A stretch of DNA of 64,000 nucleotides from Octopus sinensis (GCF_006345805.1 NC_042997.1:210304001-210368000); one strand, 5' to 3'. Numbered from the stretch's first letter, positions 25,103 through 40,536 are shown. Notes: a model not told the origin generated them from the letters alone. Numbers and translations are program-made.

Positions 25103-25680
25103 TGGTATGTCTGTTTCTGTCTCTCTCTCTATCTGTCTTTCTTTCTTTCTTTCTTTTCAACTCTCTCTCCCTCTCTCTCTTTCTCTCTTGGTCTGTCTGT
25201 CTCTCTATCTATCTCTCTTCTTTATTTATTTCTTTCTTTCTTTCTTTCTTTCTTTTCCTTTCTTTCTCGTCTTTCTTTCTTTTAACCGCTCTCTACTCTT
25301 CCCTCTCTCCTCTCTCTCCTCTCTCTCTGTCTCTCCCCCCTCTCTCGTCCTCTTTCCTCCCTCTCTCTCTCTCTCTGTCCCCATCCCCCCCCTCTCTCTC
25401 TCTCCGTCCCCCCTCTCTTCTCTCTGTCACCCCCTCTCTCTCTCTCTCTCTTCTCTCTGGTTTGTCTGTTTCTGTCTGTCTCTCTCTATCTGTCTTTCTT
25501 CTTTCTTTCTTTCTTTCTTTCTTTTTAACTCTCTCTCCCTCTCTCTTCTCCTCTCTTGGTCTGTCTGTCTCTCTATCTGTCTTTCTTTTTAACTCTCTCT
25601 CTCTTCCCCCTCTCTCTCCCCCTCTCCCTCTCTCTACCGCCCCTCTCCCTCTCTCTACCCCTCTCCCTCTCTCTCTCCAC
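24040..25680. repeat. (CA)n and (CT)n compound low-complexity region
   Basis: Directly visible. Confidence 0.9.
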
Positions 25681-26249
25681 GTCCATATAAAGCTCTTTGT
25701 CTTTCTGCGATACAAATTCATTTAACATTGATTCAAGACCAGAAAACACGGTCGATCGTGTAATCGTTTCCAATATCTGACTGGTAAATATTTAACTGAC
25801 CACCCACGAACTTCTGCCACTGAAAAAAGAAATCGAACTCAACGCCAGTAGGATTTGAACTCAGAACATCATGCAATCTAAAACCTTAAACCCTAAATGT
25901 TTTAGTTCGGTTAGTGTTTGAGATAGTAAACATTAACTTATTAGAAATAACTGGGCTGCAGGAAAAGCAAACAGTGACCGAATATTAGTTAACATTTATG
26001 GGAGGTAACTCCGAATTTGTTTCATTATTGTTTAAGCCTCGTCAGTGAGATATAGAGTTCGTCGTATTTCTTGAAGTATGGACGAGAAAATCAATAAATA
26101 GATATACCAATTTGTACAAGGTGCAGTGAATAAACTGTCGTCTAAATTACAGAGAAATGAAAATAACACCGACATCTCATTTCAGCAGTTATATTTACCA
26201 AAATTACATAAACCTATCTTGAGATACTAAAATTGTAAATTTATTCAAT

Positions 26250-26760
26250 AAAATCGCCATTGGCTTCAGCCATGGCATCCAGACGACTTTGGAATCACTT
26301 GCAACTCTTCTGGACAGTCTCCTTGTTTAAGTTGGTGAATGCTTCCCTAACCCTTGCCTTCAATTCATCTTTGGTGTTACAAGGAGTTTTGTTGGTCTCT
26401 CGCTCAACTGCGCCCCACATTTAATAATCAAGGGGGTTGCAATTTGGGGAATTAGGTGCTTAGATGTTGGGGGTGATGTGGCCACAGAAATTTTGTGACA
26501 GCCATGATTGGGTTCTTCTGCTTGTGTGGCTTGGTGCAGAGTCCTGTTGCCAGACATAGGGTCTTCCAGCGGCTACCCTCTTGACCCAGGGAAGCACTAC
26601 CTACTTCGGGCACTTGATGTAGGCCTCCGTGTTGAGTGTGAGGCCATGTGGGATGATGAATGGAGGCATAATGTCGCCATCACTAGTGATCACTCCGAAC
26701 ACCATGATATTGACTGGGTCCTCAAATTGACACCCAAACACTCTGAAATGTTCATATTAG
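26250..26760 (-). pseudogene. Tc1/mariner-superfamily transposase remnant
   Basis: Minus strand GRPYVWQQDSAPCHTSRRTQSWLSQNF...PNSPNCNPLDY*MWGAVERETNKTPCNTKDELKAR. Confidence 0.8.
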
Positions 26761-27819
26761 AGCTTCTGGTACAAATACCAAGCAGTACAACATGTCATTT
26801 CCAAATTCATCATCATCATCGTCATCATTTAACGTCCATTTTCCATGCTAGAATGGATTGGACGGTTCGACCGGGGTCTGGGAAGCCAGGAGGCTGCACC
26901 AGGCTTCAGTCTTATCTGGCAGTGTTTCTACAGCTGGACGCCCTTCCTAACGCCAACCACTCCGTGAGTGTAGTGGGTGCTTTTTACGTGCCACCGGCAC
27001 AGGTGCCAGGCAAGGCTAGCAATGGCCATGATCGGTTGGTGCTTTTTACGTGCCACCAGCACGGAAGCCAGTCAAGGCGGGGCTGGCAAGGCCACGTCTG
27101 GATGGTGCTTTTTATGTGCTACCAGCACAGGGATCACAACTAAAATTTCCATTGATTTTTGATGTTGATGTACTTGACTCAATAGGTCTCCTCAAGCACA
27201 GGGTCAAAACGGTGTTTCTTTACTTGCCACCTGCACAGGAGTCAGTCCAGCGGCACTGGCAACGGCCGGCCGGGTGCCAGTCATAAGATTTAGTTCAATT
27301 TTGATTTCACTAGCCCCAACAGGTCTTCGCAATCAGAGTTTAGTGTCTATTGCTGCTTTTTTTTTCTCACAGACGGTGCCCATCTGACCCTACTATACTG
27401 TGTAGTTGACAAAGTCAAAAACAAACAATGCGCATGTGTGAAATTAAAAATGTAGAATGGCAACAATTTACCCATCACACTCTCTACATTAGTAGGGAGA
27501 CGTGGCTGTGTGGTAAGAAGTTTGCTTCCTAACCACTGAGTGGAACCTTGGGCAAGTGTCTTCTACTATAGCCTTAGGCTAGCTAAAGCCCTGTGAGAGG
27601 ATTTGGTAGATGAAAACTGAAAGAAGCCCGTTGTGTGTGTGTGTATTTTTGTATCTGTAATTGTCTTCCCACCACCACCACTTGGCAACTGGTGTTAGTT
27701 TGTTTATGTCCTCCATGAGTTAGTGATTTGGCAAAAGAGGTCAATAGCACTGTACTTTAGATTTCTTCCTCTCCTCCTCTCTCTCTCTTTCGATCAGTTG
27801 TACATTCTATTGCGTAATG

Positions 27820-29590
27820 CTCAGCTGTGCTGGCTGGCAGAGTGGGGAGCAGGTGCCACAGTATGAAGGTTTTCAACATGCCTTTTCAATCCTTCAACTG
27901 AAAGGCACATCTTTCCACTGGGTGCCACATGTCCTGTTGTGACCAATAGCCGTATCCCAATTGACAAGGGGTTGATTCCTGTGAGTTCTCTGTTGGTTGA
28001 CCAGGCCTCCACAACTCAAGCATTTTCACCCCCACAAAAAAACAACACCCTCTCACTTCCCACAGATTCATTCTTTCTAAGCCTTCTCTTGATCTTCTTG
28101 AGCTTCATTCTCTCTCTTTCAAACTTTGAACAACCACTGTGCACTCTTTGCTTCCAACAAATTCAGTCTTGTGCCTCTCTCTCTCGCAATCAACTGAAAC
28201 TCCTGTCCATTTCAGAGCAATTCTGAGGCACCTCATTTTGGTTTTATGTCCTGGCCTCCTACCATCTTCCACCTCACCATACCAAAGTTACTGAGGAAGT
28301 CTTTCATCTTTCATTCTCACCAAATGTCAACCCCGCCTCAAACGACTTTGCAGAACCATTGATTCTACGCTCCTGCTACCACTTCTCTCAAGTACCTCCA
28401 CATCACTGATGGCCACTTTCCAATTTATCCCAAGAATTTTCCTAAAACAATATTGATGATTTGATAGATATCTGTAACACTTATCGAATTTCTGCAGTGA
28501 ATATTTTCATGATAGTTTATTAGTTTTATATAAGTGTGTCATAGTCAAATATTTAAGAAGCTCTCGTCACGATACAATTTCTGTTAACTCTACTTCGTTC
28601 ATAAAAAACTTGGATTGACCCAAGCTTATAGTAAAAGTCTTGTATAATATGTTACGTAGTGGCATCAAATAGGGGACTTTGTGATCATGATGAGAGTTTC
28701 ACTATATATATAAATGGCAAAATGTCTGTGTGTGTGTGTATCCTTTATACAAATCCACAATTTTTCAGTTAGAGGGCTCGCACTTTCTATGATCATTCAA
28801 AACCGTCCAAGGGTGGTCGTGCACATCTTTACATTTCCCCAGTCACCCCGCAAAGCCATTAAAAAATCAATAGAAGTGACAGTTTTGTGAATTTTCTATC
28901 CAAAACCCAATCAAAATGCCCGAAACTTGATACGCCAATTGAATGCCAGCTAGCTGTATGTGATTGGTCGGAGATTTGGACAGTATTCGCGTGTATGTGA
29001 GCACGCACGCAGCTGTATATGCATGCACTAGCACTATGACACGTCTATATAAAACTAATAAAATATTGACGATATCATTCCAAATGCCTTAAATGCTTAC
29101 AATAAACAATCCATGTACCACTTCCACACAGCAATGATGGCAGGACACATGTGCTATAAAACCTAACTTCAATTTGGAAAGTTACACTATGGCATGACGA
29201 CAGACACTTGAAAAGCTTACCAAAGGCACTTCTAGCTTTGCTGCTTCTATATGAAGTTTCATCATCAAGACCAGCAGTGCTCAAAGTACTTCCTAAATAA
29301 ATGAATTTAGTTACAGCTTCCAACCTTTGCCCATATACAGTTATAGAAGGTTCTATATAAAGTTTAGAAGGGACAGCCTAGGGGCATCAGAACAGTTTCC
29401 TTCAAATTGGTTGCAAGGCCCAATGCTACACATGCTGCAGAAACAGCAGTCATCATGTGTCGCATATCTTCCTGGGAATGTGCTAATGAGTCACAATCAT
29501 CTGCATACAAGAACTCAGTGATGTAAGAATGAAGAACTATTGTTTTGGCACAAAGTCTTTTGAGGCTGAAAAATTTTCCTGCTGTCCTCT
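27820..29590 (-). mobile_element. RTE-BovB-like LINE remnant interrupted by other inserts
   Basis: ORF 29364-29621 has FLYADD; ORF 29075-29323 has KFIYLGSTLS..KARSAFGKL..LPSLLCGSGTW; 3' GLKRH motif near 27880. Confidence 0.75.
28701..29040 (+). mobile_element. Helitron copy (family of 4157-4524), truncated inside the 3' hairpin
   Basis: Near-identical body; ends at CTAGCACTATGAC. Confidence 0.8.
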
Positions 29591-29778
29591 CATCATCATC
29601 ATCATCATCATTGTTTAACATCCATTTTCCATGTTGGCATGGGTTGAATGGTTTGACTGGGGTCTGGGAAGCCAGGAGACTGCATTGGGCTCCAGTCTGA
29701 TCTGGCAGTGTTTCTACAGCTGTATGCCCTTCTTAATGCCAAAAGGGTTAAAATATATAATAGAGAAACAATTCTTAA

Positions 29779-30000
29779 TCCTTTTGACACCAACCTGGCT
29801 GAGACTGTTTCTGGCTTTGTAGTACAAATGTCTTGTTTTCAAAAGTTTTGAATTAAAATCTTCCATCAAACCTTAGTCACAATTTATGTTCCTAACACTA
29901 GCTTAAATGATAACTAAGTTATTTTACTAAATTCTTTGTTATATTTAAAGTAATTGAAAGAAACCCAGAGCATCTCAAAAGAAATATGGTGACAAAAGGG
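29779..30000. mobile_element. piggyBac-like MITE (~220 bp)
   Basis: TTAA-TCCTTTTGACACC ... GGTGACAAAAGGG-TTAA: 13-bp imperfect TIRs and TTAA target duplication. Confidence 0.75.
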
Positions 30001-30004
30001 TTAA

Positions 30005-30430
30005 GCTAACAAGCTGCAGATGTCACAGTACTCAAGTATCTGATTCCACGGAAGAATGGTAAGGCTTCAAATGCAAAAACAGCCTTTTGGGACCCGTTTT
30101 CTATTTTGAAGCAAGATTCTGACTGGGAGTTGGAAGTGGCCCTGAAGAACAAACAAGGGGCAGTAACATCACTTCAACCAAGCATGGTTCTTCTATCCAG
30201 GAGTCCCAAAATAAGCATCATGGCTGTACCCAGAATATTCTAGGAGGACAAAATTGATATTTCTCATCAATTGAAGATAGACAAACATCAGGAATTTGTT
30301 GCTGTTAAAGGGTGTCAAAATTGGTTGCCAGAGATTCCCAGGAAGAAGGGTGTGGTATTTCCTGCAGAAGATAGCTTTGAAACCCAAATAATGTTTGTGA
30401 AAAACACATCTGTATTCTATAAAGTTCCTC
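30005..30430 (+). pseudogene. Decayed RTE/RTE-X LINE RT C-terminal region
   Basis: One frame with a single stop: VLKYL..AKTAFW..IL...PRIF*EDKI..EIPRKK, aligning loosely with the RTE-type pattern KYLG..AKxAFW..ILxIxWxDK..RKL. Confidence 0.5.
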
Positions 30431-30694
30431 ACAAAAAAAAAGAAAAAAGAAAAGTAAAAAATGATAGAAGCAACACTTATTGAATGACACACTGCTAAAA
30501 TTAATACACACACACACACACACACACAAAATAATAATAGTTAATGAAACAATTAATATTTTAAATCATTAACTGACAATATAATGACTTGTATAACACA
30601 GTGACAATGACCATACAATTTGATATGAAATCATTACGTGAATGTTGAAAAACATTACATTTTCTTTCATACAGTTCTATATTTAAGAGATAAT

Positions 30695-32394
<1,700 letters not shown>

Positions 32395-33028
32395 GGTGCA
32401 GGCATGGCTGTGTGGTAAGAAGCTTACTTCCCAACCACATGGTTCTGGGTTCAGTCTCACTGCGTGGCACCTTGGGCAAGTGTCCTCTACTACAGCCCCA
32501 AACTGACCGCAGCCTCGTGAGTGGATTTGAAACAAGTCTGACCTATGTATATGTGTGTGTATGTGTGGCTTTTTTCTATTTGCTTCCCCCACCCCTGCCA
32601 CCACCTGACAACCGATGTTGGTGTGTTTATGTCCCCATAACCTAGCAGTTTGGCAAAAGAGTGCTATAGAATAAGTACCCAACTTCAAAAAATAACTAAG
32701 TCCTGGGTTCAATTCATTTGATTAAAAATTCTTCAAAGCAGTGCCCCAGCATGGCCACAGTCTAATGACTGAAACAAATAAAAGAGTAAAAGAGATATAT
32801 ATGTGTCACAAATGCAAAGTCTTTCCCAGGTGAAGAGGGTACACCCCAGCATAGGCTACAAGTTGGAGACTTCAGAATTAGGTCCAGAAAGACTCGAAAA
32901 AATGAACCACACTGGAAAAGAAGATTACGGAAGCTCAAAGACCCAGCAAACTGTCAGAAATTTAGAGATATTGTAGGGGTAGCCTCTGATGAAAGAGAGG
33001 AGGTGGCAGGGAAATATAGCTTAGAGGA

Positions 33029-33520
33029 TAATAATAATAATAATAATAATTGTGTACAGTGCTCAGGTGCACTACAACTCATCTAAAGTGTATATATAAT
33101 CAGGTATAGTTTCGGCGGATTTCGGAAAGCATGAGGGCCTTAAAGGATGCAGTGTCATGGCAGTCAACAACTGACGCAGGCAGTTTATTCCATGCTTCAG
33201 CAACTCTGAGCGTGAAAAAATGTTTCCGAAAGTCATGAGAGCTGTGTTGTTTTCTGACTTTGTAGGCATGTCCATGTGTGTTAGACACATGGAGATCAAA
33301 AAGGTGTTCAGTGTTGTTGTTGGTGAGGTGGTTGATAACCTTGTGGGTGTTTACCAAGTCCGTCGCCAGACGCCGGAGCTCCAGTGAATCCATGCCCAGG
33401 GAAACAAGGCGCTCAGAATATGGTAGGTGTCTGATGGAGGGTATGCGTTTGGTTGCAAGTCTCTGGACGGATTCCAGGAGGTCAATGTTCTGAGCAAGAT
33501 AGGGGTTCCAAACTGATGAT
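33029..33520 (-). mobile_element. CR1-clade LINE 3' end, open ORF2 C-terminus
   Basis: WNPYLAQNIDLLESVQRLATKRIP..LPYSERL..L.MDSLELRRL..DL..THK..FFTLRVAEAWNKLP; (TTA)n tail. Confidence 0.9.
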
Positions 33521-33554
33521 GGATAATTGGAAGGTCCTGTAGGACATTCTATTG

Positions 33555-36500
33555 AGGGTTGCTGGGAAAATCTGTGGCTGGTGCAAAGATCCAGCAAGGC
33601 CGAGGGTGATATGGTCATGGAACAAGGAAGTGAAGAGCTCCATAAAAGCAAAGAGACTGGCTGAGAAAGAGTGGAAAAATGGTGGAAGCAGAGAATTATG
33701 CCAGGTAGACAGAAGGGAACATAACAAAAGGGATAACAGAACGTAGAGATTTGCCAATGTCTTACAATATGAGGATCAGGGGTGAGGTGTTGCAGATTGC
33801 AAAGCAGTGTGTCAAGGAGAATAGAGATGTGGTGGGTGAGAAATGTGTGCAAATGGTTAATGGTATGCTTGCAATTAAAGGCGGTGAGTTGGCAGAATCT
33901 TTAGCACGCTGGGCGAAATGCTTAGTGGTATTTCGTCTGCCGCTACGTTCTGAGTTCAAATTCCACCGAGGTCGACTTTGCCTTTCATCCTTTCGGGGTC
34001 GATAAAATAAGTACCAGTTACGCACTGGGGTTGATATGATCGATTTAATCCATTTGTCTGTCCTTGTTTGTCCCCTCTGTATCTATCCCATTGTAGGTAG
34101 TAAAGAAATAGAAATAGGTATTTTGTCTTCCGCTATGTTCTGAGTTCAAATTCCACCGAGGTCAACTTTGCCTTTCATCCTTTTGGGGTCAATTAAATAA
34201 GTACCAATTACGCACTGGATCGATATAATCGACTTAATCCGTTTGTTTGTCCGTGTTTGTCCCCTCTGTGTTTAGCCCCTTGTAGGCAATAAAGAAATAG
34301 GTATTCTTGCACTTAGTGACTCAGAGAAGAAAGATTCGTGGAAGTGTTACTATGAAAGGTTACTAAATGTGCAAAATGTGTGGGAGAAGGACCAGCCATC
34401 AGAGTTGATAGCAATATAATAGATAAGACAATTGAGGATATGAAGACAGGGAAAGCCCCTGGGCCATCAGGAATCACTGCTGAGATGATAAAAATCTCTG
34501 GTGGTGTGGCATACAGCTTAGTCCCTTGCATAGTTAATCAGGTTATTCAGGAAGGCATCATCCCCAATGCCTGTTGTAGTAGTGTTATAAATCTTCAAAA
34601 AATCTTCAAAGCCACAGTCGAACCAATTCTACTATATGGCTCAGAAACCTGGATGTTATCAAAGAAGCTTGAGAGGCGGTTGGATGGAACTTACACTCGC
34701 CTCCTTATGAGAGCTCAAAATCTCTCGTGGAAGCGTCATCCAACCAAAGTACAAATATATGGGAAACTACCACCTGTGTCATCTCTTGTGAAAGGTAGGA
34801 GAGTCCAGTTTGCTGGACATTGTTGTAGAGATGAAAAAGAGGTAATTTCTACTCTTCTCCTCTGGAAGCCATCTGCTCGCGATACCAGAGGGCGCACACT
34901 CTCCTACCCTGATGGCATCCAGCAACAGGACTTCCGTAATGGACTGTGAGATCTGGCATAACATAGTAAATTCCATTGTCTTGACCACGGTCGAACAATG
35001 ATGAATGATGAGTATTATAGTTAGCTGGTACAAGGGTTAAAGGTAATGCCTTAGATAGAAACACCTACAAAGATATCAAACTACAGGACCAGGTCATGAA
35101 AGTTACAGAGAGAATTATTGCTCAACTGATTAGGAAAGAATTAAACTAGATGAGATGCAGTTTGGTTTTGTTCCTGGGAAGAGTACCACAGATGCCATCT
35201 TCATAGTGAGACAGCTGCAGAGAAAGTATTTCGACAAGAGTAAGCCACTGTATTTACCTTTCATTGACCTGGAGAAAGCTTTTAACAGAATTCCCTGCTC
35301 TGTTATCAGGTGGTCTCTGAGGAAGCTAGGAGCAGTGGAGTGGCTTATTAGAGCCATACAAGCCCTGTACAGAAGGGCTGGCAGTAAGGGGAGAGTCAAC
35401 CATGAATACAGTGATGAATTTAGTGTACAGGTGAGGGTTCACCAGGGCTCAGTTCTTAGTCCACTTCTATTCATCATAGTCCTTCAGGCCATAAAAGATG
35501 AATTCAAATCTGGATACCCCTGGGAATAACTATATGCTGATGACCTCACTCTTATTGCAGAACCTTGAGCTGAATTAGAGAAGAAATTCTAGGTATGGAA
35601 GCAAAACCTGGAATCAAAGGGCCTTAAAGTTTACCTAGCTAAGACCAAAGTTGTTAGTGAGAAAGCAGACAAGACTCTAATTCTGTCAGCTAAATGGCTC
35701 TGCTCAGTTTGTAGGAAAGAAGTGAGAAGTAATTCCATTTGCTGCACCAACTGTAAGCTATGGACACAGAAGTGGAATCACAGGTAGATTAACAGATAAG
35801 GTCACCTTTGTGTGTGGTAGATATGCAGGAACAATAAGCACTAAGAACACAGGGACTTAGACTCTTTCAAATGCCCAGTAGGCTTTCTCGAGGTTGTAGA
35901 TAGTTTCTGTTAACTAGGTGACCAAATTAGCAAAGGGGGTGGATGCTCTGAAAGTATTGTTTCTAGAATAAGAATTGGGTGGAGGAAGTTCAGAGCTATT
36001 ACTTCTGTTGGCAACAAAAGGACTCTCTCTCAGAGTGAAAGGTAGACTATATGATGCCTGTGTGTGAATGGCTATACTCCATGGTAGTCAGACATGGGTT
36101 CTGAATGCAGAGGACATGCGTAGACTGGAAAGAAATGAAGGTAACATGCTCCGTTGGATGTGCAGCATCAATGTGCATGAACAACAAAGCGCAAATGTGT
36201 TGAGAGAAAAGTTGGACATAAGAGGATTCAAATGCATCCTACAAGAGAGGAAACTGCATTGGTTTGGAGATGTGATGTGTATGGATGAAGACAACTGTAT
36301 AAAGAAGTGCTGGTCACTGAAAGTGGATGGTATTTGTGGAAGAGGGAGACCCAGGAAGACATGGGATGAAGTGGTGAGGACTGATCTCAGGATGTTGGGT
36401 CTCACAGAGGAAATGATATTGGACCGAGATGTCTGGTGATATGAAGTTCTAGAGGAGACCCACCCATGTCAGCAAAACTTTCACACACCCTACCCCCACA

Positions 36501-37638
36501 AATCAAACTGCACCCCCCCCCCTTTCCACTTCCAAAGCTGTTTTTCTTCTCTTCCTCATATTTCATATGCTATGATTATCTCCCACTCCCCAATCCAGGC
36601 CTTGCTACCCTGTTCACTGTATTGTTGCTTCCCTGCCCCTGTTCCCCCCTTTTTCATACCCAGATTCTCACCAGTCACAGCATTCCTCACCCCCACCCCT
36701 CAATCCAGTCCTCACTACTCTGCTGTACCATTGCTTCACCCCCCCGTCCTCTCCCCCTCTATATACCCAGATTCTCACCAGTCACCACATTTCCCCACCC
36801 CACTTCCCACTTGCGACCCCTTGCTGATATCCTGCCAGCACCTGTCACCATTCATCTCCCTCTTCCTTACTCTACCATCCCTGTCAATACCCTGGTCCCT
36901 GTTCCTTACAAGAATACCCTGGCACTTGCCGCCATCCCTCTCCTGCTCTTGCTGTCTCCTACTCTCTCTTCCTCTCTCTCTCTCTCTTTCCCTTGCTCTC
37001 CCCTCTGGCTGAACAGACTAGTTTCTGCCCTCACTCTTGACCACTCTCTCTCCCTCCTTCCCTTACTCTTACCTCTCACCAGATGACCATGTGTCTCCTT
37101 TACAGCAGCACACCTCTTGTTAACTCCCACTCTCTCTCTAGGTAACTTTCTGCCCTCATTCTTGTCAACTCTTGCTCTCTTTCTCTTCTTCTCCCTCTCT
37201 GGCTGGGTAACCATGGACCGCCTCAACAGCAAGATATCTCTTTCTGTCTCTCTCTGTCACATTATCACCTTTTACCATTTGACACAAGATCACCTCCTCC
37301 AATGCTCCCTCCCCTCTCAAAGACTCTTTGCCTTTGCCTTACAAAGTCCCTTGGTGACCCTTCCAGTGCAGGACCACATAGAAAGCATCCAGTCCACACT
37401 GTAAAGTGGTTGGCATTTGGAAGGGCATCCTGCTGTAAAAATCATGCCAAAACTAACCTCACCTGTGCAAGTGCCATGTAAAAAGCACTCAGCCCCACTC
37501 TGCAGTGTGGTTGGTGTTAGGAAGGGCATCCAGCCATAAAATACATGCCATAATAGACACAGAAACATGGTGCAGGCTCCTGCCTGGCCAGTTCTTGTCA
37601 GACCATTCAATGCATGCAGCATGGAAGGAGGACATTGA

Positions 37639-37668
<30 letters not shown>
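33555..37668 (+). mobile_element. 5'-truncated RTE LINE (~4.1 kb): decayed RT, long pyrimidine-rich 3' UTR and (GAT)n tail, with nested inserts
   Basis: MQFGFVPGKSTTDAIFIVRQLQ..FIDLEKAF..VHQGSVLSPLLF, *LYADDL, ILHGSQTW, GRGRPRKTWDEVV; two family-B SINE units at ~33880-34300. Confidence 0.85.
34590..35010 (+). mobile_element. Second RTE-type LINE 3' fragment nested in the RTE
   Basis: IFKATVEPILLYGSETW..RVQFAGHCCR; (TGA)n tail; imperfect 9-bp TSD AGTGTTATA/AGTATTATA. Confidence 0.75.
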
Positions 37669-37670
<2 letters not shown>

Positions 37671-37973
37671 ATATATATATATAATACAAATAAGAAAATG
37701 GAGAAACAAATTTGGTTTGTTCATCAACTTACGGATATTATAATGTTGGATTATTTATTCCTTTTACAAATGCGAACATCAAAAGCATACAAAATATTAT
37801 ATAAATCAATAGATAAGATAATAATACAAATACAGATTTTAAAAGTCATATTATAAATTAATGAAATCCTAAAAATTACTTCTTACAGCTGTTTCAGCCT
37901 GTGGGCAAAAGTGAATCTAATTTTCATTGCCTATATATTTTAATATACTAAGGTTGTAGGCATTTAAAAAATA

Positions 37974-38010
<37 letters not shown>

Positions 38011-38599
38011 AACAGATGCAGCGCGAAGCTTTGTCAGTGAACAGGTCGCGGTCTGAAAGCGACAAAAATATTTTGACAAATTAAATTCAAATGTTGAAGT
38101 GAATCGAACGGCTTTTGTGTGTTTCTCAAATGGCTTATAAACACCTTCCATGCTGCAATTGTTTTCGTTCAAGCACACGATCTCAGATCAAGTCATTTGC
38201 TATGCAAGTACATCTCCGTAATATATATATAGGAGCAGGAGTGGTTGTGTGGTAAGTAGCCTGCTTACCAACTACATGGTTGTCTTCTACTAAAGCCTTG
38301 AGCTGACCAAAGCCTTGTGAGTGGATTTGGCAGCTGGAAACTGAAAGAAGCCCGTCGTATACATATGTGTGTGTGTGTTTGTCCTCCAACATTACTTGAC
38401 AACCGATGTTGGTGTGTTTACGTCTCCATAACCTAGCGGTTTGGCAAAAGAGACCGATAGAATAAGTACTAGGCTTACAAAGAATAAGTCCTGGAGTTGA
38501 TTTGCTCGACTAAAGCCAGTGCTCCAGCATGGCCACAGTCAAATGACTGAAACAAATAAAAGAATATATACATATATATATATATATATATAGCAATAA

Positions 38600-38890
38600 T
38601 AAATTTCTGAACGAGGTATAAACAGTAACTGCACGACAATGTGAAGTATATTTGCCACTTAAATGTGGCTAACCACTAAGGGTGGATGTTACTGTAGCTT
38701 GTAGCCCCAGGAGAGCATCTTCTCCAGCTGGCTGTTGACACACTTTCTGTGCCCTATCAGTATTTGTAAAGAGAAGACATCCTTCCCATCGTCGACCTGA
38801 CGTGATATGCACGGACCCGGGTTTCTGGGTATTTACCCATCATCAGTGCACGACAATCACCGGTCTTCGATGCAAAGGGGTCCCAATGCA
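38600..38890 (-). mobile_element. Penelope-like pseudo-LTR fragment
   Basis: Homologous to 41933-42265 (GTTACTGTAGCTT..GCCCCAGGAGA.CATC.TCTCCAGCTGGCT..GACACACTTTCTGTG); carries a hammerhead. Confidence 0.65.
38808..38850 (-). ncRNA. Minimal type-I hammerhead motif (canonical core, damaged stem I)
   Basis: UGCA CUGAUGA UGGGU-AAAU-ACCCA GAAAC CCGG GUC CGUGCA. Confidence 0.6.
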
Positions 38891-39299
38891 AATACATATA
38901 TCCTTCTTCCAGTGACTTTTCGTCGTGCCAGTGGCACATAAAGAGCACCATCCGATTGTGGCCATTGCCAGCCTTGCCTGGCCTCTGTGCCGGTGGCACA
39001 TAAAAAGCACCATCCGATTGTGGCCATTTGCCAGCCTCGTCTGGCACCTGTGTCGGTGGCATGTAAAAAGCACCATCTGATTGTGGCCGTTTGCCAGCCT
39101 CGTCTGGCACCTGTGTCAGTGGCATGTAAAAAGCACCCACTACACTCATGGAGTGGTTGGCGTTAGGAAGGGCATCCAGCCGTAGAAACATTGCCAGATC
39201 AGACTGGGCCTGGTGCAGCCTTCTGGCTTCCCAGACCCCAGTTGAACTGTCCAACCCATGCTAGCATGGAAAACGGACACTAAATGATGATGATGATGA

Positions 39300-39382
<83 letters not shown>

Positions 39383-39444
39383 ATATATATAATATATATA
39401 TGTATATCTATTTATATATAGATACACACACACATACCCACATG

Positions 39445-39483
<39 letters not shown>

Positions 39484-39829
39484 CTCATGAAATGCAGGAA
39501 AAAAGTGAGAGTTCTGAGTAATATGACATATTTTAATTTTGTTGTTTTAAAATATTAAAGCACATTTCTTTTTCCTACTTAGATTGTCGTGTCATTGTTG
39601 ACAAGTCCCATATTGTCACTTCATAAACGACTTACAATATTTGTTTGATATTAAATGTGGCCTGTTTTTTTTTGTTTTTTCACTGACTGTCACTTTATTT
39701 CCTGATTTTTTTTTAGAATGGTTTTGAAAGTCTAAAAGTAGAGCCATCACACACGAGCGAGGAGCGAGGTGCCTCTGCAGCCACAGAAGTGCTTTGGCAA
39801 CCTCTTGACCTGACAACTAGAAAGGGCGG

Positions 39830-40237
39830 AGGGAGAGGGGGAAGAGAGGGAGTGAGTGAAAGAGAATGAGAGAAAGAGAGAGAATGAGAAAGGAAGAAAG
39901 AGAGAGGGAGTGAGAGAGAGAGAATGAGAAATAGCGGGAGAAAAAAGAGTGAGAAAGAATGTGAGAGTGAGAGAGAATGAGAGTGAGAAAGAGAGAGTGA
40001 AAGAGAGATATAGGGGGAGTGAGAGAGAGAGAGAGAGTAAGTGACAGAATAAGAGAGAAAATGAGAGAGAGAGAGATAGTGAGAATGAGAGAGAGTGAAA
40101 GAGAGAGAGTGAAAGAGAGAGAATAAAAGAGAAAGAGTGAGAGTAAGAGAGAGAAAGGGAGTGAGAAAGAGTGAAAGAGAATGAGAGAGAGAATAGGAGA
40201 GAGTTAGAGAGAGTAAGAGAGGGAATGAGAGAGGAAG

Positions 40238-40272
<35 letters not shown>

Positions 40273-40505
40273 GAGAGAGAGAGAGAGAGAGAGCTGTTGA
40301 AATGCCTTACCAACCCATCTGAGGTGACCCTTTCTTTCCATGATACTAACTTCCTGTTTCAAAACAATCTTCAAGACCCCTTATCAAAATTTTATGTGAA
40401 TTTCATCATCATCATCATCACCATCGCCATCACCATCATCACCATCATCATCATCATCATCATCATCATCACCATCATCACCATCACCATCATCACCATC
40501 ACCAC

Positions 40506-40536
<31 letters not shown>

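Noticed and set aside
30005-30483. Novel protein or processed pseudogene with an A-rich tail
   Set aside because: The translation fits the C-terminal part of an RTE-type reverse transcriptase ORF.
39713-39820. Minus-strand exon after a CT tract (GQEVAKALLWLQRHL or VVRSRGCQSTSV)
   Set aside because: The pyrimidine tract is a microsatellite, the donor is weak and the peptide is unrecognised.
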